40,880 bases of DNA from a virus (lineage: Duplodnaviria > Heunggongvirae > Uroviricota > Caudoviricetes): IMG/VR virus record IMGVR_UViG_2563366819_000005; one strand, 5' to 3'. The notes beneath the pieces are model-generated. The model worked only from the letters and a program-made list of their open reading frames with translations, did not search any database and was not told the origin of the DNA. Position numbers and translations under genes: made by a program. This document shows positions 1-9,380 of this stretch, one piece after another; the first letter of the stretch is position 1, and each line of letters opens with the position of its first letter.

Positions 1-1236
1 CTATGATAACCGCGCATTCAACATGGCTATCTGTTCGTCGTTCATGTCATCAATCCACATACCGTAAATTTCATACACCATCTGCGCAGTTTCATGCCCC
101 ATTTGGCTGGCTATAAATGCCGGGTTCGCTCCTGCCGTCAACAGCCAGCAGGCAAAAGTATGCCGCGTATGGTACGGATTACGGCGGCGAATACCAGCAC
201 GTTTTACTGCTGCATTCCACCTTGCCCCCAAACTGCTTACCGAGTAATAAGGTTTTTGTTTTCCGTTACACACCCTGGGCATGAAAACAAAATGCAGTTT
301 TTGCTTTTCGGTTCTGCCGTACTCCCGATGATAAAAGGTGATTTCGCTTTTGCGATGATGCCCGGTCAGTTTGTATTGCTCCTTCAGTGCTTCAAGAGCA
401 GGCTGCAGTAGTGTTACTGTCCGGATCCCGGCATTTGTTTTTGGGGGACCGAACATATCAAGTATCGTCAGGTTTCTTCTGACATTCACTATTCCCTTTT
501 CGAGATCCACATCCTCCCACGCCAGAGCTGCCAGTTCCCCGTGACGAAGTCCTGAGTAAACTGCAAATTTCCACATGTTCTGGCTCTGTCCTTTTTCACT
601 TTCCATTAATGCATTGAATTCTGTTTTAGATAACGGATCAGGCTTTATTCTGTTTCGCTGTAATTTTTTTACTCCTTCAAATGGTTTGGTTGATATAAAT
701 CCCGACTGATACGCAAAACGTAACAGCGAACAGAGCAGGGCGATATAGTTATCAACTGTGCGCACGGTTCTTCCTTTTTTGTTGGATCTTGGATTATCCA
801 GGTAAAGCGTTTCTCCATGCAGCAGTTCATTCCGGTAGTTTAAGATATCGCTATAACGAATATGTGATATCAGGGTACTTTCACAAATTATTATTCTGAG
901 TGTTTTTAATTGTGATTTCGTTTTCTTCATTGTGTTTGTTGTTAACTCTGTCTCTTTAATTTTTGTCCAGATATCACAAAGCTCTCCGAACGTTTTTATG
1001 ACTCTCGTTGTCACCATTTTTGCCCCAGTGCTGGACTGGGGAAAACGTCTTAAATACTCAAATTCACCGGAGTTTATTTCATGAACTATCAGCGCTCTTA
1101 AATTTCCGGCCTTTTTAATATTACTGTTTGTAATCTCCCAGCCTTTTAATGTTTCCCGACATCGTTTTCCTCGAAACATGAACCAGATGCGAATGTATCT
1201 ACCTCTAATCTCGACACCTGTTGGTAATTTAGACAT
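1..1236 (-). CDS. intR: Tyrosine recombinase / prophage integrase (IntR-like, 411 aa)
   Basis: 411-aa ORF with C-terminal catalytic region HTRHTFACWLLTAGANP...MGHETAQMVYEIYGMW (R-H-R-Y type). Sits at the prophage end next to an excisionase-like gene. Stop codon is at positions 1-3, so the gene is complete. Confidence 0.9.
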   Translation of the reverse strand: MSKLPTGVEIRGRYIRIWFMFRGKRCRETLKGWEITNSNIKKAGNLRALIVHEINSGEFEYLRRFPQSSTGAKMVTTRVIKTFGELCDIWTKIKETELTTNTMKKTKSQLKTLRIIICESTLISHIRYSDILNYRNELLHGETLYLDNPRSNKKGRTVRTVDNYIALLCSLLRFAYQSGFISTKPFEGVKKLQRNRIKPDPLSKTEFNALMESEKGQSQNMWKFAVYSGLRHGELAALAWEDVDLEKGIVNVRRNLTILDMFGPPKTNAGIRTVTLLQPALEALKEQYKLTGHHRKSEITFYHREYGRTEKQKLHFVFMPRVCNGKQKPYYSVSSLGARWNAAVKRAGIRRRNPYHTRHTFACWLLTAGANPAFIASQMGHETAQMVYEIYGMWIDDMNDEQIAMLNARLS

Positions 1237-1237
1237 A

Positions 1238-1453
1238 TCATGAGTCTTTGATAAACTGATTTATCTTTGGATAGTTGTACCAGATAATCCCTCGTTTGCT
1301 GTCTGGCTTACCTAAAGGAGATACTCGTTTGAAGTGGAAGCCCTCCACCCAACAGTTCTGGCGGTATGCTTCAATTTGTCTGGCCCCCAGACCAGTGCGA
1401 AGCATCAGGCCGTATTCAACCATCCACTCTTCATTAAAGATTACTTGTGCCAT
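1238..1453 (-). CDS. ydaQ: Excisionase-like protein (YdaQ/XisR-like, 71 aa)
   Basis: Small ORF immediately upstream of int on the same strand. Sequence [35 protein letters not shown]... matches my recollection of Rac YdaQ. The longest ORF has an 8-codon N-terminal extension. Confidence 0.7.
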   Translation of the reverse strand: MAQVIFNEEWMVEYGLMLRTGLGARQIEAYRQNCWVEGFHFKRVSPLGKPDSKRGIIWYNYPKINQFIKDS

Positions 1454-1552
1454 CGCATCACCTCTGGCAGGCGCCAATGTTAGACTGAAATTGACGCCCG
1501 ATGTTGATTATTAATAATCAGCTATGAAGTTTTAATTTGAATACAATGCAAT

Positions 1553-1741
1553 TCACGAGGACTGAAGTTTCTCGCAATTAAAATTTATCAGTTTTACTTT
1601 CTGCTCTCTGGAAACGCCTGCTTCTTTTTTACCTGAGAGCATTTTTTCGCATTCTGATTTCGTTAGTTTAGATTTTGAATATCTTGTCCAGTTAGTAGGA
1701 GTGCCACCTTCCTTTTCAATAGTAGCGGTAATTTTATACAT
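1553..1741 (-). CDS. ydaC: YdaC-like small phage protein (start chosen at MYKITATIEKEGG)
   Basis: ORF in the Rac position between xis and lar. Start is uncertain: the longest ORF begins at 1813 and would overlap lar. Confidence 0.5.
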   Translation of the reverse strand: MYKITATIEKEGGTPTNWTRYSKSKLTKSECEKMLSGKKEAGVSREQKVKLINFNCEKLQSS

Positions 1742-1928
1742 GAACACCTCCGTTATTATTTCCAGTGGTTCGTTTATTCCATCTTTCGAGTGCTTCTCTT
1801 TCACTTCCACCATAACCGGTTCGGGATTCGCATCCGTTACACTTCGCTCGGTAATATCCTGAAATGACTTTCACCGTTACTGATGGACAACCACAAAATG
1901 GACATGGTTTAACATTGTCATATCTCAT
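1734..1928 (-). CDS. ralR: Lar/RalR restriction-alleviation protein (type I toxin RalR in K-12), 64 aa
   Basis: MRYDNVKPCPFCGCPSVTVKVISGYYRAKCNGCESRTGYGGSEREALERWNKR: Cys-rich Lar-family fold, immediately upstream of recT as in Rac. Confidence 0.85.
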   Translation of the reverse strand: MRYDNVKPCPFCGCPSVTVKVISGYYRAKCNGCESRTGYGGSEREALERWNKRTTGNNNGGVHV

Positions 1929-1984
1929 AATTTTTCTCATAAAAAATATTTCAAGTTGGCGGTGCATTACACCGCCAGGCTGAA

Positions 1985-2794
1985 TTATTCCTCTGAATTA
2001 TCGATTACACTGTATTCCCCGGTTAATACAGAGGAATCTGCAGGATCGATTGTCAGTGGTTCCTTTTCATCCATTGATACTGCACGCTGGATCTCAATTG
2101 ATACGGGCAGATATTTGAACAGGCGACGAATAGCCGTTTTCTTTGCCATTTCTTCCCAGTGAGTTACCCACGGCCCGTTATTACCAGCTTTACTCAGGCT
2201 GCGCACCAGCTCAATCTGTTTGCGCGTCATAACTTCAAACTGAGTACCTCCGTCTTTCAGTCTTGCGACAGCATAGACGTGGGTAACCGGGGCATCTTCG
2301 TTTTCTCCCGGGCGGTGTATTAACTTTTCATCAAGGCCAAATTCGAAGCTAAACTCGTCACCTTCACGGACAACACGGGCTGACAGGCTGGCGATTTGAC
2401 CAGAACGGCGAGCCAGATCAATCATGCCGCGATAGCCAATGATTAGCTGAACGTTCTTTTTACCGCTCTTTTCGTTTTTATTACCAAAAGGCAGTAAATA
2501 TGCATGACCGAGGGCGCTACCTGGCTCAAGTCCGAGCTGTGAACACTGTACGATCGCACTGACAAAACTCATAGTGTCACAGTTTCCTAACGCCGGAACT
2601 TTACGAATTTCTGTGGTGGCGATACGAATCATACGTTCAGCCGTCATATGGCGTGGAAGAGCTGCTGCCAGTTGCTCTTTCATTGATGGCTGGTTAATAA
2701 AACTAATCACGTCGCTATTTTTAACTGCTGCTGGTGCACGGTTTCCCTGAGTTTTTTGCAGATCGGCTTTTGCGATTGGTGGTTGCTTAGTCAT
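1985..2794 (-). CDS. recT: RecT single-strand annealing recombinase (269 aa)
   Basis: [50 protein letters not shown]... matches RecT. Overlaps the 3' end of recE by 8 nt. Confidence 0.95.
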   Translation of the reverse strand: MTKQPPIAKADLQKTQGNRAPAAVKNSDVISFINQPSMKEQLAAALPRHMTAERMIRIATTEIRKVPALGNCDTMSFVSAIVQCSQLGLEPGSALGHAYLLPFGNKNEKSGKKNVQLIIGYRGMIDLARRSGQIASLSARVVREGDEFSFEFGLDEKLIHRPGENEDAPVTHVYAVARLKDGGTQFEVMTRKQIELVRSLSKAGNNGPWVTHWEEMAKKTAIRRLFKYLPVSIEIQRAVSMDEKEPLTIDPADSSVLTGEYSVIDNSEE

Positions 2795-5387
2795 TTGCAT
2801 ATTCCTTAGCCCAGCGGGGCAGTGATAATGTCTTAATAGCTGGCCATTCATCGGTATTCAGGCAGTCAGACAGGGTTCGCAGATTGCGGTGATATTCCTG
2901 TTGACCTGCCAGTTTTGCTTCTTCGCCCATCATGAAAATTTCAACCGGATAACGTCCGCATTCAATAGTTGTGCTGGCAACCAGAAAAACGAAAGTTGGC
3001 TGCACTCCAAACTGTGCTTCATAACCGTCACTGTAGAATGCATCCTGAACGTGATAGCGGTAGTCGTAATAAGCGGTTTTGAATCGTTGAATATCCGCCG
3101 TAGTTTTCACGTCCATGATCCAGTGAAATTCAGGGATAATTTTGTCCGGACGGCACCGACACAAAATTCCTGTTTCAGGATCTTCCCAGTAAATTGATGA
3201 TTCAGCGTGTCCGGCGCTTTCAACAAGCCATTGCCCCAGCGGCAAAGCCATAACGCTTTGATACATGAGTTCAATTTTCCGGCCTTCTTCCGCAGTGATA
3301 ACCGTTTTTCCTGTGCTTGCGCATTCCATCAGAAACGCTTTCTCTTCTTCTTTTCCGGCGTTTGTACGGCGGTTAAATTCAGGTGCTACGATAAAGCGGT
3401 TACTGAATTCTTCCGGTTCAAGTACCCGGCAGTGGAAAGCGGTTCCTAAATCGAGCGTTTTTGTCTTTGTGGTGTCCACGGGGGCATTTTTACGCCACAA
3501 ATATAGTGCCGGAGTATCAGCAATGTCATCGAGCTGAGACTTACTGACACCGGGACCCGCGTGGTAATTCTCATTCGAAATTCCGTAATAAATACCTGGC
3601 TCTATGTCTTCTACGATTACGGGATCTGCGACTTCGCCAGTTTCATCACTGCAATCGCGATGCGGATCGCTGCCAGCATTCTCATTGTGCGGATGTTCAG
3701 CGCCTTCCATTTCCTCCGGATCATTTTCCTTAGCTTCAACCTGACTCTCTTCATCGAATGTTTCCTGGTATGTTGCGTCGCCCATCACCGCACCACAGTC
3801 AGGGCAGTTATCCCCGCCAGTCTGGCCGCAGGCATTGCAGGCTATTTCCGGTTCCTGTTGCACTACTGGCTCAGGTTGATTCATATCTGGTCTGGTTTTT
3901 TCCGTTTCTGGCTGGTTCTGGTACACACAATCGCGAGTCTGGATCCCCTTTACCCATTTCGGATCGTTCGGGTCGCTAATTCCGTCAACAAATTCACCAC
4001 GTGATGCAGCAAGCAATTTATCGGCATCGACAGGATTTTTTGATGGAATGTTTTTCCGGGCTTCATGGAGTTCTGCCCGCAGTTCCTGATATTTCGCATC
4101 AACAGAATTTACCTGTGACTGAGCATCCAGCGGCTGCGTGTCCTGATGATGTTCAGTTGCGTCCGGTTCCATTGTTTCAGCCTCTCCCTGTTCAACTGCC
4201 GTTGTTCCAGATGGTTGCGGTTTTTCTTCATCATCCTGTTTTCCTTCTTCTGTTACTCGCTGCGGCATCGGGGCAGAGGAGCGACCGCAGGCAATATCCA
4301 CGATTTCCGGATCAGGGTTGGCATGATCGGTTTCAGTCAGTACTTTGTTCAGATATTCAGTGACGTGCGCGGGGATGACCTCGATCCCAATTGGTGCTTC
4401 TTTTACGGACGCAACCACGATGGCGCGGGAATAATCCAGCCCGCCAGGCATGGTGATGAATTTGTCGCGGAAAACAGAAAAGGGCGGTTTATTTTCAGCG
4501 ATAATTTCCTCAATGCGTTTAGCGTGTGCCGGATGAAGGTTATAGATGTCCAGATCCATTGAACGGGCCAGTACGCCAGTGGCTACGTCGCGCGCCAGTG
4601 ACGTCAGATCGTGTACGAAACCTTCGCCGCGATCGGTGAGGTTTCCGCCGCCAGCATTAGCACCGGAAGCCGTGCGAGTGATGTGTGAAACACGATTACC
4701 CTTCATCCACTCTTTTGTCAGCAGTCCTCGATCGGTGTAGTCAGCGTTCAGGTATGCTTCGAAAAAAGCAGTTATCAGTCCCAGGTTTGAATGACCAGGA
4801 TTAGGGAAAACTTTGTCAGTGTCACGAACCAGTTTGTGGAGATCGCGAATTTCCAGCGGGTCGAGCAGGCTGGTTTTGTGGGAAACAGCCAGGGCAGTAA
4901 CAGCCGGTAGTTCTTCAGCCCGAGCAATGTGTAATGCCTGGAGTCCGTCGCGTGAAACGTGCGTTACCGGTTTTTCGCTGCCGTGTTGAGCAAGCCAACG
5001 AATGGGCAGTTCCTGGCCAGAAATTGGGAGTAGCATATTCTCCTCAATCTCAGTCATGTCTTCGCCGTTGACGTTGGTATTGCCTTGATAGTGAGCGTTG
5101 TCTGGTGCTGCTCCCGGTTTTAGTTCCCATGTCATGGAGTCTTTGCTGAGTTGATAGCGTTCACTCCAGGTAAAATCGATCTCACCTTCAGCGGGCAGGT
5201 CATTAACGACAGGAAAATTCGTGGCAACAGCTTTAAAATAGCTGCTCAGTTTTTTACCTGACTTAACGATCAGGTAGTCCAGAGTGGCACAGGTCGATTC
5301 AAAATCGTTGCTTGCCCACAGGACGACGTCAGGTTCACCGGATGATTTTTTCGCTTTCCGTAACAGGAAGAGTGGTTTTGTGCTCAT
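2787..5387 (-). CDS. recE: RecE exonuclease VIII (866 aa)
   Basis: 866-aa ORF beginning [32 protein letters not shown], with a C-terminal nuclease region. Length and synteny with recT match Rac RecE. Confidence 0.95.
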   Translation of the reverse strand: MSTKPLFLLRKAKKSSGEPDVVLWASNDFESTCATLDYLIVKSGKKLSSYFKAVATNFPVVNDLPAEGEIDFTWSERYQLSKDSMTWELKPGAAPDNAHYQGNTNVNGEDMTEIEENMLLPISGQELPIRWLAQHGSEKPVTHVSRDGLQALHIARAEELPAVTALAVSHKTSLLDPLEIRDLHKLVRDTDKVFPNPGHSNLGLITAFFEAYLNADYTDRGLLTKEWMKGNRVSHITRTASGANAGGGNLTDRGEGFVHDLTSLARDVATGVLARSMDLDIYNLHPAHAKRIEEIIAENKPPFSVFRDKFITMPGGLDYSRAIVVASVKEAPIGIEVIPAHVTEYLNKVLTETDHANPDPEIVDIACGRSSAPMPQRVTEEGKQDDEEKPQPSGTTAVEQGEAETMEPDATEHHQDTQPLDAQSQVNSVDAKYQELRAELHEARKNIPSKNPVDADKLLAASRGEFVDGISDPNDPKWVKGIQTRDCVYQNQPETEKTRPDMNQPEPVVQQEPEIACNACGQTGGDNCPDCGAVMGDATYQETFDEESQVEAKENDPEEMEGAEHPHNENAGSDPHRDCSDETGEVADPVIVEDIEPGIYYGISNENYHAGPGVSKSQLDDIADTPALYLWRKNAPVDTTKTKTLDLGTAFHCRVLEPEEFSNRFIVAPEFNRRTNAGKEEEKAFLMECASTGKTVITAEEGRKIELMYQSVMALPLGQWLVESAGHAESSIYWEDPETGILCRCRPDKIIPEFHWIMDVKTTADIQRFKTAYYDYRYHVQDAFYSDGYEAQFGVQPTFVFLVASTTIECGRYPVEIFMMGEEAKLAGQQEYHRNLRTLSDCLNTDEWPAIKTLSLPRWAKEYAND

Positions 5388-5517
5388 TGTTTTTTAACCT
5401 CAACTCAGATTAAAATTCGTTTTGTTCAGTGAATGATCTTGCCGGATACACACTGTTCATAGCCTGCGCCATACGCAGGCTATTTCTTTCAGATTTCACC
5501 TTTTAATTTCATTGCAA

Positions 5518-5763
5518 TTAGAGTTGCCAGAAATTCGGCTTTTTTTCTGCGGGCAGATTCTTTCCGATATGCACCAGGCACATTTTTTTGACACCTTCAT
5601 CAAGTGTTTTTACGTTGCCTGATGGACCATCGATATCAACCACAGTGAATGGGGTTTCTTTATTTTCTGTTTTAATTACGTAGCCAATGCGCTTTCCTTC
5701 CAGATTCACCTCGTGAACAATGTCATCGGTAGTTACAACAGTGGCTTCATAATTGGTAATCAT
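5518..5763 (-). CDS. racC: RacC-like protein
   Basis: MITNYEATVVTTDDIVHEVNLEGKRIGYVIKTENKETPF... A strong SD (AAGGAGA) lies 7 nt upstream of the ATG at 5763. In-frame upstream ATGs at 5802 and 5811 have no SD. Confidence 0.7.
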   Translation of the reverse strand: MITNYEATVVTTDDIVHEVNLEGKRIGYVIKTENKETPFTVVDIDGPSGNVKTLDEGVKKMCLVHIGKNLPAEKKPNFWQL

Positions 5764-5837
5764 GTTTTTCTCCTTAATTAAGGTTGAGCGAATACCTGCC
5801 ATTTCTGGCATAAATTCAGTTTCGAATAGTCAATTAA

Positions 5838-6008
5838 TTAAAGTTCATGTGCCATCTGGTCTTTTTCGGCACAAGCTTCACTGCAATATTTTCTCGGTTC
5901 GTCTTTTGATAAAATCCCGTGCATGAAGTGAAGCATTCTTTCAATAGCTTTGCTTTCTTCAACGTCTTTTTTGCAAAGGTGGTAAGCACATTTTATTTTC
6001 TTAGTCAT
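5838..6008 (-). CDS. ydaE: YdaE-like zinc-binding protein (56 aa; below the ORF-track length cutoff)
   Basis: Hand-translated from the minus strand: [56 protein letters not shown]. Its ATG overlaps the kilR stop (TGATG). Confidence 0.75.
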   Translation of the reverse strand: MTKKIKCAYHLCKKDVEESKAIERMLHFMHGILSKDEPRKYCSEACAEKDQMAHEL

Positions 6009-6229
6009 CACCATGACTCCGCCTTTACAGGTAAACCATCACGACCGAGGAAGACTTTAATCATGCGGTCAGTAATGCATGTTTTTGTGGTCAGGTTACG
6101 AATATATAGTTTTCGCTTTTTAATATTGTTTGCCGAGGCAATATATGTCCGGCCTTCATGAAGAACATAATCGCCAGGAGTCACACACTGACGTGGTATT
6201 TCATCAGTTCCGAAGTGATGTGCAATCAT
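6008..6229 (-). CDS. kilR: KilR cell-division (FtsZ) inhibitor, 73 aa
   Basis: [77 protein letters not shown] lies 8 nt upstream of the ATG. Confidence 0.85.
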   Translation of the reverse strand: MIAHHFGTDEIPRQCVTPGDYVLHEGRTYIASANNIKKRKLYIRNLTTKTCITDRMIKVFLGRDGLPVKAESW

Positions 6230-6670
6230 AATTATCTCCATTTTTACAAATGAACTTTGTTGATGCGGTGCCTGGTGCCTCCAGGTGACTGCAACCAGTT
6301 AACAATTACAGTCGGCTTTCCCACCCAAACCAATAAGGACTAACATGACTTTTAACTGTGCCACGTGCGCTTAGCCGCATTCACCGCATCACAAAATTCA
6401 CTTTAAAAAGGGCGGACATCAGCCGAACTTCAAGAAAAAAACTGATGCCGCCAGGACTACACACAGCAATGTCGTTATTTACAACCGGAGGCGCACTCCC
6501 ACCATTTAAATTTAACAGACAAGACCGACTCTTTATGGATATCGGAAATGCGCCTTCGTGTTGTGCCCGGTTTTATTTCACCACCTCCGGGCTTCGGTGG
6601 TCTCGGCTATACCCCTACAGCGAGAGCTTGTGTTAACATTTCAATACCCTTACAGTTGAGAGTTATTGAT

Positions 6671-7159
6671 ATGTTGGATGTATTTACTCCATTGTTGAAA
6701 CTTTTTGCTAACGAGCCACTCGAAAGACTTATGTATACGATTATCATTTTTGGTCTCACTCTCTGGCTGATACCGAAAGAGTTTACTGCCGCATTCAATG
6801 CTTATACTGAAATACCTTGGCTCTTTCAGATTATCGTTTTTGCCTTTTCTTTCGTGGTCGCCATTTCCTTCTCAAGATTGCGAGCACATATTCAAAAGCA
6901 TTATTCATTACTACCAGAGCAACGAGTATTGCTTCGTTTATCTGAGAAAGAAATCGCTGTATTTAAAGATTTCCTTAAAACAGGAAATCTTATTATCACT
7001 TCTCCTTGCCGTAACCCGGTTATGAAAAAATTAGAACGGAAGGGCATCATTCAACATCAGAGTGATAGCGCAAACTGTTCTTATTATCTCGTCACCGAAA
7101 AATACTCCCATTTTATGAAGTTATTCTGGAACAGCAGGAGTAGACGTTTTAATCGTTAG
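6671..7159 (+). CDS. sieB: SieB superinfection exclusion protein (162 aa, membrane)
   Basis: MLDVFTPLLKLFANEPLERLMYTIIIFGLTLWLIPKEF... with hydrophobic segments. Start chosen at the internal ATG of the longer ORF. Confidence 0.8.
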   Translation: MLDVFTPLLKLFANEPLERLMYTIIIFGLTLWLIPKEFTAAFNAYTEIPWLFQIIVFAFSFVVAISFSRLRAHIQKHYSLLPEQRVLLRLSEKEIAVFKDFLKTGNLIITSPCRNPVMKKLERKGIIQHQSDSANCSYYLVTEKYSHFMKLFWNSRSRRFNR

Positions 7160-7311
7160 CTTACTGTGTGCTTCTCCAACCATCGGCGCGCACCAGTTTC
7201 GGTTTTAAATGTTTTGCTTTTGGTATACGTCATGGCAGTGAACGTTCCATCCTGGTTGGGGAACACGCCGCACACCAGGGATTCGTTGTTGCCGAGGTCG
7301 ATTTTTTGCAT
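7156..7311 (-). CDS. ydaF: YdaF-like small protein (51 aa)
   Basis: Hand-translated: MQKIDLGNNESLVCGVFPNQDGTFTAMTYTKSKTFKTETGARRWLEKHTVS. Convergent with sieB. Confidence 0.55.
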   Translation of the reverse strand: MQKIDLGNNESLVCGVFPNQDGTFTAMTYTKSKTFKTETGARRWLEKHTVS

Positions 7312-7321
7312 TTTGCGAATC

Positions 7322-7456
7322 TCACATCTTGTTGCTACGTATAGCGACTTCTGCCTGCCAGAGATCCCAGTCGTTGCTGCGTAAAGCCTGCACAGCCTGG
7401 TTGTAAGTGATACCGCAACAATCCATCAAATACTGAACTACTTCGTAATGCACCAT
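7322..7456 (-). CDS. ydaG: YdaG-like small protein (44 aa)
   Basis: Hand-translated: MVHYEVVQYLMDCCGITYNQAVQALRSNDWDLWQAEVAIRSNKM. Lies immediately upstream of ydaF on the same strand. Confidence 0.5.
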   Translation of the reverse strand: MVHYEVVQYLMDCCGITYNQAVQALRSNDWDLWQAEVAIRSNKM

Positions 7457-7625
7457 CTTATCTATCCCCTTAACGCCGGGTGGCGGAACTAACTGCTGCA
7501 CTGCAAAATTTGAATCCCGCCGTCATGTTCATACGCCTCGGGCTGGCTACTTAACCCCTGACCACTGCCTGGTAACTCGAAGTATTGCCCGGCGTTCTGT
7601 GGGGCGGGGTGGGTTGGTAGGTATA

Positions 7626-7670
7626 TAATGTACTTTGTGTTCATTATTGTAAAGTACTTTAAGTACATTT
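7626..7670. promoter_or_regulatory. OL-like operator cluster: GTAC-core sites (aatGTACttt, perfect palindrome AAAGTACTTT, aaGTACatt) over a candidate leftward promoter
   Basis: Three related sites within 45 bp at roughly 24-bp spacing. On the minus strand TTTACA and a TATATA/CATTAT -10-like element fall in the same stretch. Located just past the 3' end of the repressor gene, upstream of ydaG. Confidence 0.4.
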
Positions 7671-7743
7671 TATGTATAAAAAAATGAGACGGGATAAAGT
7701 GAAGCACAAACCCGGAGGGGGACGCTACCGGATTTATGCTGGT

Positions 7744-8163
7744 TTAAGAGGCTTTTTGTTTTTTCTTTCGTGCTAACTCTTCGTAAATTGCATTGTACTT
7801 CTGTTTTTTCTCCTCAAGAGTTTTTAAAAGTTCATCTGTCTCACTGTCAGGGAGCTCGTCCAGAAGGTCAATGATGATTTTTTGTCTTGGATTTAACTCC
7901 TGATAGAAACGTATCTGTCCACTTTCTTCTGTATCCTCTCCCAAAAGATAGGTTGGTGTTGTTCCAATGAGTGTTGCTAATTCCCTTAATTTCTCTCGGC
8001 GAGGAATTGTTTCACCATTAAACCATTTGCTAACCGCTTTTGGTGTTAATTTCATTCGACGGGCAATTTCTGCCTGCCTTCCATGTTGTTCATAACCAGC
8101 GTTTTCACAGGCTAGCGCAAGCCTACTGGCGAACTCTTTACGCGCTTTATCTTCATGAACCAT
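7744..8163 (-). CDS. racR: CI-type prophage repressor (XRE-family HTH), RacR-like
   Basis: HTH segment GRQAEIARRMKLTPKAVSKWFNGETIPRREKLRELATLIGTTPTYLLG. Divergent from a Cro-like gene and syntenic with Rac racR. Exact identity to K-12 RacR not verified. Confidence 0.65.
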   Translation of the reverse strand: MVHEDKARKEFASRLALACENAGYEQHGRQAEIARRMKLTPKAVSKWFNGETIPRREKLRELATLIGTTPTYLLGEDTEESGQIRFYQELNPRQKIIIDLLDELPDSETDELLKTLEEKKQKYNAIYEELARKKKQKAS

Positions 8164-8184
8164 AAGTTCAATGATATTCGCTCT

Positions 8185-8220
8185 TGAATGTACTGTCAGT
8201 TCTGTTATAGCATGTACTCA
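8185..8220. promoter_or_regulatory. OR-like operators between divergent repressor and ydaS: two aTGTACt sites 24 bp apart
   Basis: gaATGTACTgt (8186-8196) and gcATGTACTca (8210-8220) share the GTAC core with the sites at 7626-7670, in the 79-bp divergent intergenic region. Confidence 0.4.
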
Positions 8221-8242
8221 AAGTTCACATTGTGAGGGTGAT

Positions 8243-8497
8243 ATGAACCAGAAAACACTTGAAGATGTAATCAAAACTGTTCGCGTTTCTGTTGTGGCCG
8301 ACGTTTGTGGTGTCAGCCAAAGAGCAATCTACAAATGGATGGATAACGGAAAATTGCCTCGCACAGAATATACCGGCGAAACAAATTACGCTGAAAAAAT
8401 CGCTCATGCATCAAACGGATTATTTTCTGCCGATGCAATTTTAACTATTGGCAGAAATAAAACTACTACGAAAAAGCTGATGGGAGTTGATTCATGA
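8243..8497 (+). CDS. ydaS: YdaS-like Cro/CI-family DNA-binding protein (putative toxin or antitoxin)
   Basis: Divergent from the repressor and translationally coupled (ATGA) to ydaT. GAGGGTG SD before the ATG at 8243. The longest ORF starts at 8171. Confidence 0.65.
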   Translation: MNQKTLEDVIKTVRVSVVADVCGVSQRAIYKWMDNGKLPRTEYTGETNYAEKIAHASNGLFSADAILTIGRNKTTTKKLMGVDS

Positions 8498-8916
8498 AAA
8501 TCAAGCATGAGCACATCGAATCAGTGTTGTTAGCCCTGGCAGCCGAAAAAGGGCAGGCGTGGGTCGCTAACGCAATTACTGAAGAATATCTGCGCCAGGG
8601 GGGCGGCGAATTGCCCCTGGTACCAGGCAAGGACTGGAACAATCAGCAGAATATCTATCATCGTTGGTTGAAAGGTGAAACGAATGCGCAAAGGGAAAAA
8701 ATTCAGAAACTGATCCCTGCGGTTCTGGCAATTCTTCCTCGCGAGCTGCGTCACCGACTCTGCATCTTCGATACCCTGGAACGCCGTGCATTACTGGCGG
8801 CACAGGATGCACTGAGTACGGCAATTGATGCGCATGATGATGCAGTCCAGGCCGTTTACCGTAAAGCACATTTCAGCGGCGGCGGTTCTCCTAGCGATTC
8901 TGTCGTAGTGCATTGA
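8494..8916 (+). CDS. ydaT: YdaT-like protein (140 aa)
   Basis: MKIKHEHIESVLLALAAEKGQAWVANAITEEYLRQGGGELPLVPGKDW... 140 aa, as for Rac YdaT. Confidence 0.8.
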   Translation: MKIKHEHIESVLLALAAEKGQAWVANAITEEYLRQGGGELPLVPGKDWNNQQNIYHRWLKGETNAQREKIQKLIPAVLAILPRELRHRLCIFDTLERRALLAAQDALSTAIDAHDDAVQAVYRKAHFSGGGSPSDSVVVH

Positions 8917-8960
8917 TTGAAATTAATCGTACCGAACTGTTTTGTTCGGTATCAGTTAAA

Positions 8961-9380
8961 TGTAACGCTGCGAGCGTTACAAGGTGAAAACAAATGGCTT
9001 CAAACTGGATAAAGCTCGAAGTTATTACGCCGGATAAGCCGGAAATATTCAGGCTTGCTGAGATTCTGAATATTGATCCAGATGCCGCATTAGGGAAAGT
9101 CATTCGCTTCTGGGCATGGGCGGATCAACAAATGATAGACGGTAACGCAGAGTGTAACGCTCGCGGCGTTACAAAAAGTGCAATAGATCGCATCACTTTT
9201 ATGGCTGGTTTTGCTGATGCGTTAATTCAGGTTGGATGGCTGGTCGAAACTAATGGTGTGTTGTCGCTTCCTAACTTTGAGCGCCATAACGGGAAAAGCT
9301 CTAAAAAACGGGCGGTTACAAACGAGAGAGTAACAAAAATACGAGAACTGAAACGAAAAGGTAACGCTGCCAGCGTTACA
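8961..9380. repeat. Three copies of the palindrome GTAACGC-N5-GCGTTAC (8961-8981, 9153-9173, 9360-9380) plus degenerate half-sites; candidate replication-origin iterons
   Basis: Exact 7-bp inverted arms with a 5-bp spacer, three times within 420 bp: one just upstream of ydaU and two inside its coding sequence. Followed by a purine-rich direct repeat (gaggaagagaaa) encoding EEEKEEEKEED. Confidence 0.5.

Noticed and set aside
2889-4740. Several plus-strand ORFs of 64-147 aa inside the recE region
   Set aside because: They lie antisense to the confidently identified recE gene, have low-complexity composition and no recognisable motifs or ribosome-binding sites. They are antisense artefacts.
6358-6636. 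92-aa plus-strand ORF in the kilR-sieB intergenic region
   Set aside because: No SD and an odd composition. It would run into the genuine sieB start. Treated as non-coding.
7489-7707. 72-aa minus-strand ORF downstream of the repressor gene
   Set aside because: It overlaps the operator/promoter-like GTAC repeat cluster, has no SD and an implausible sequence. The interval is better explained as regulatory DNA.
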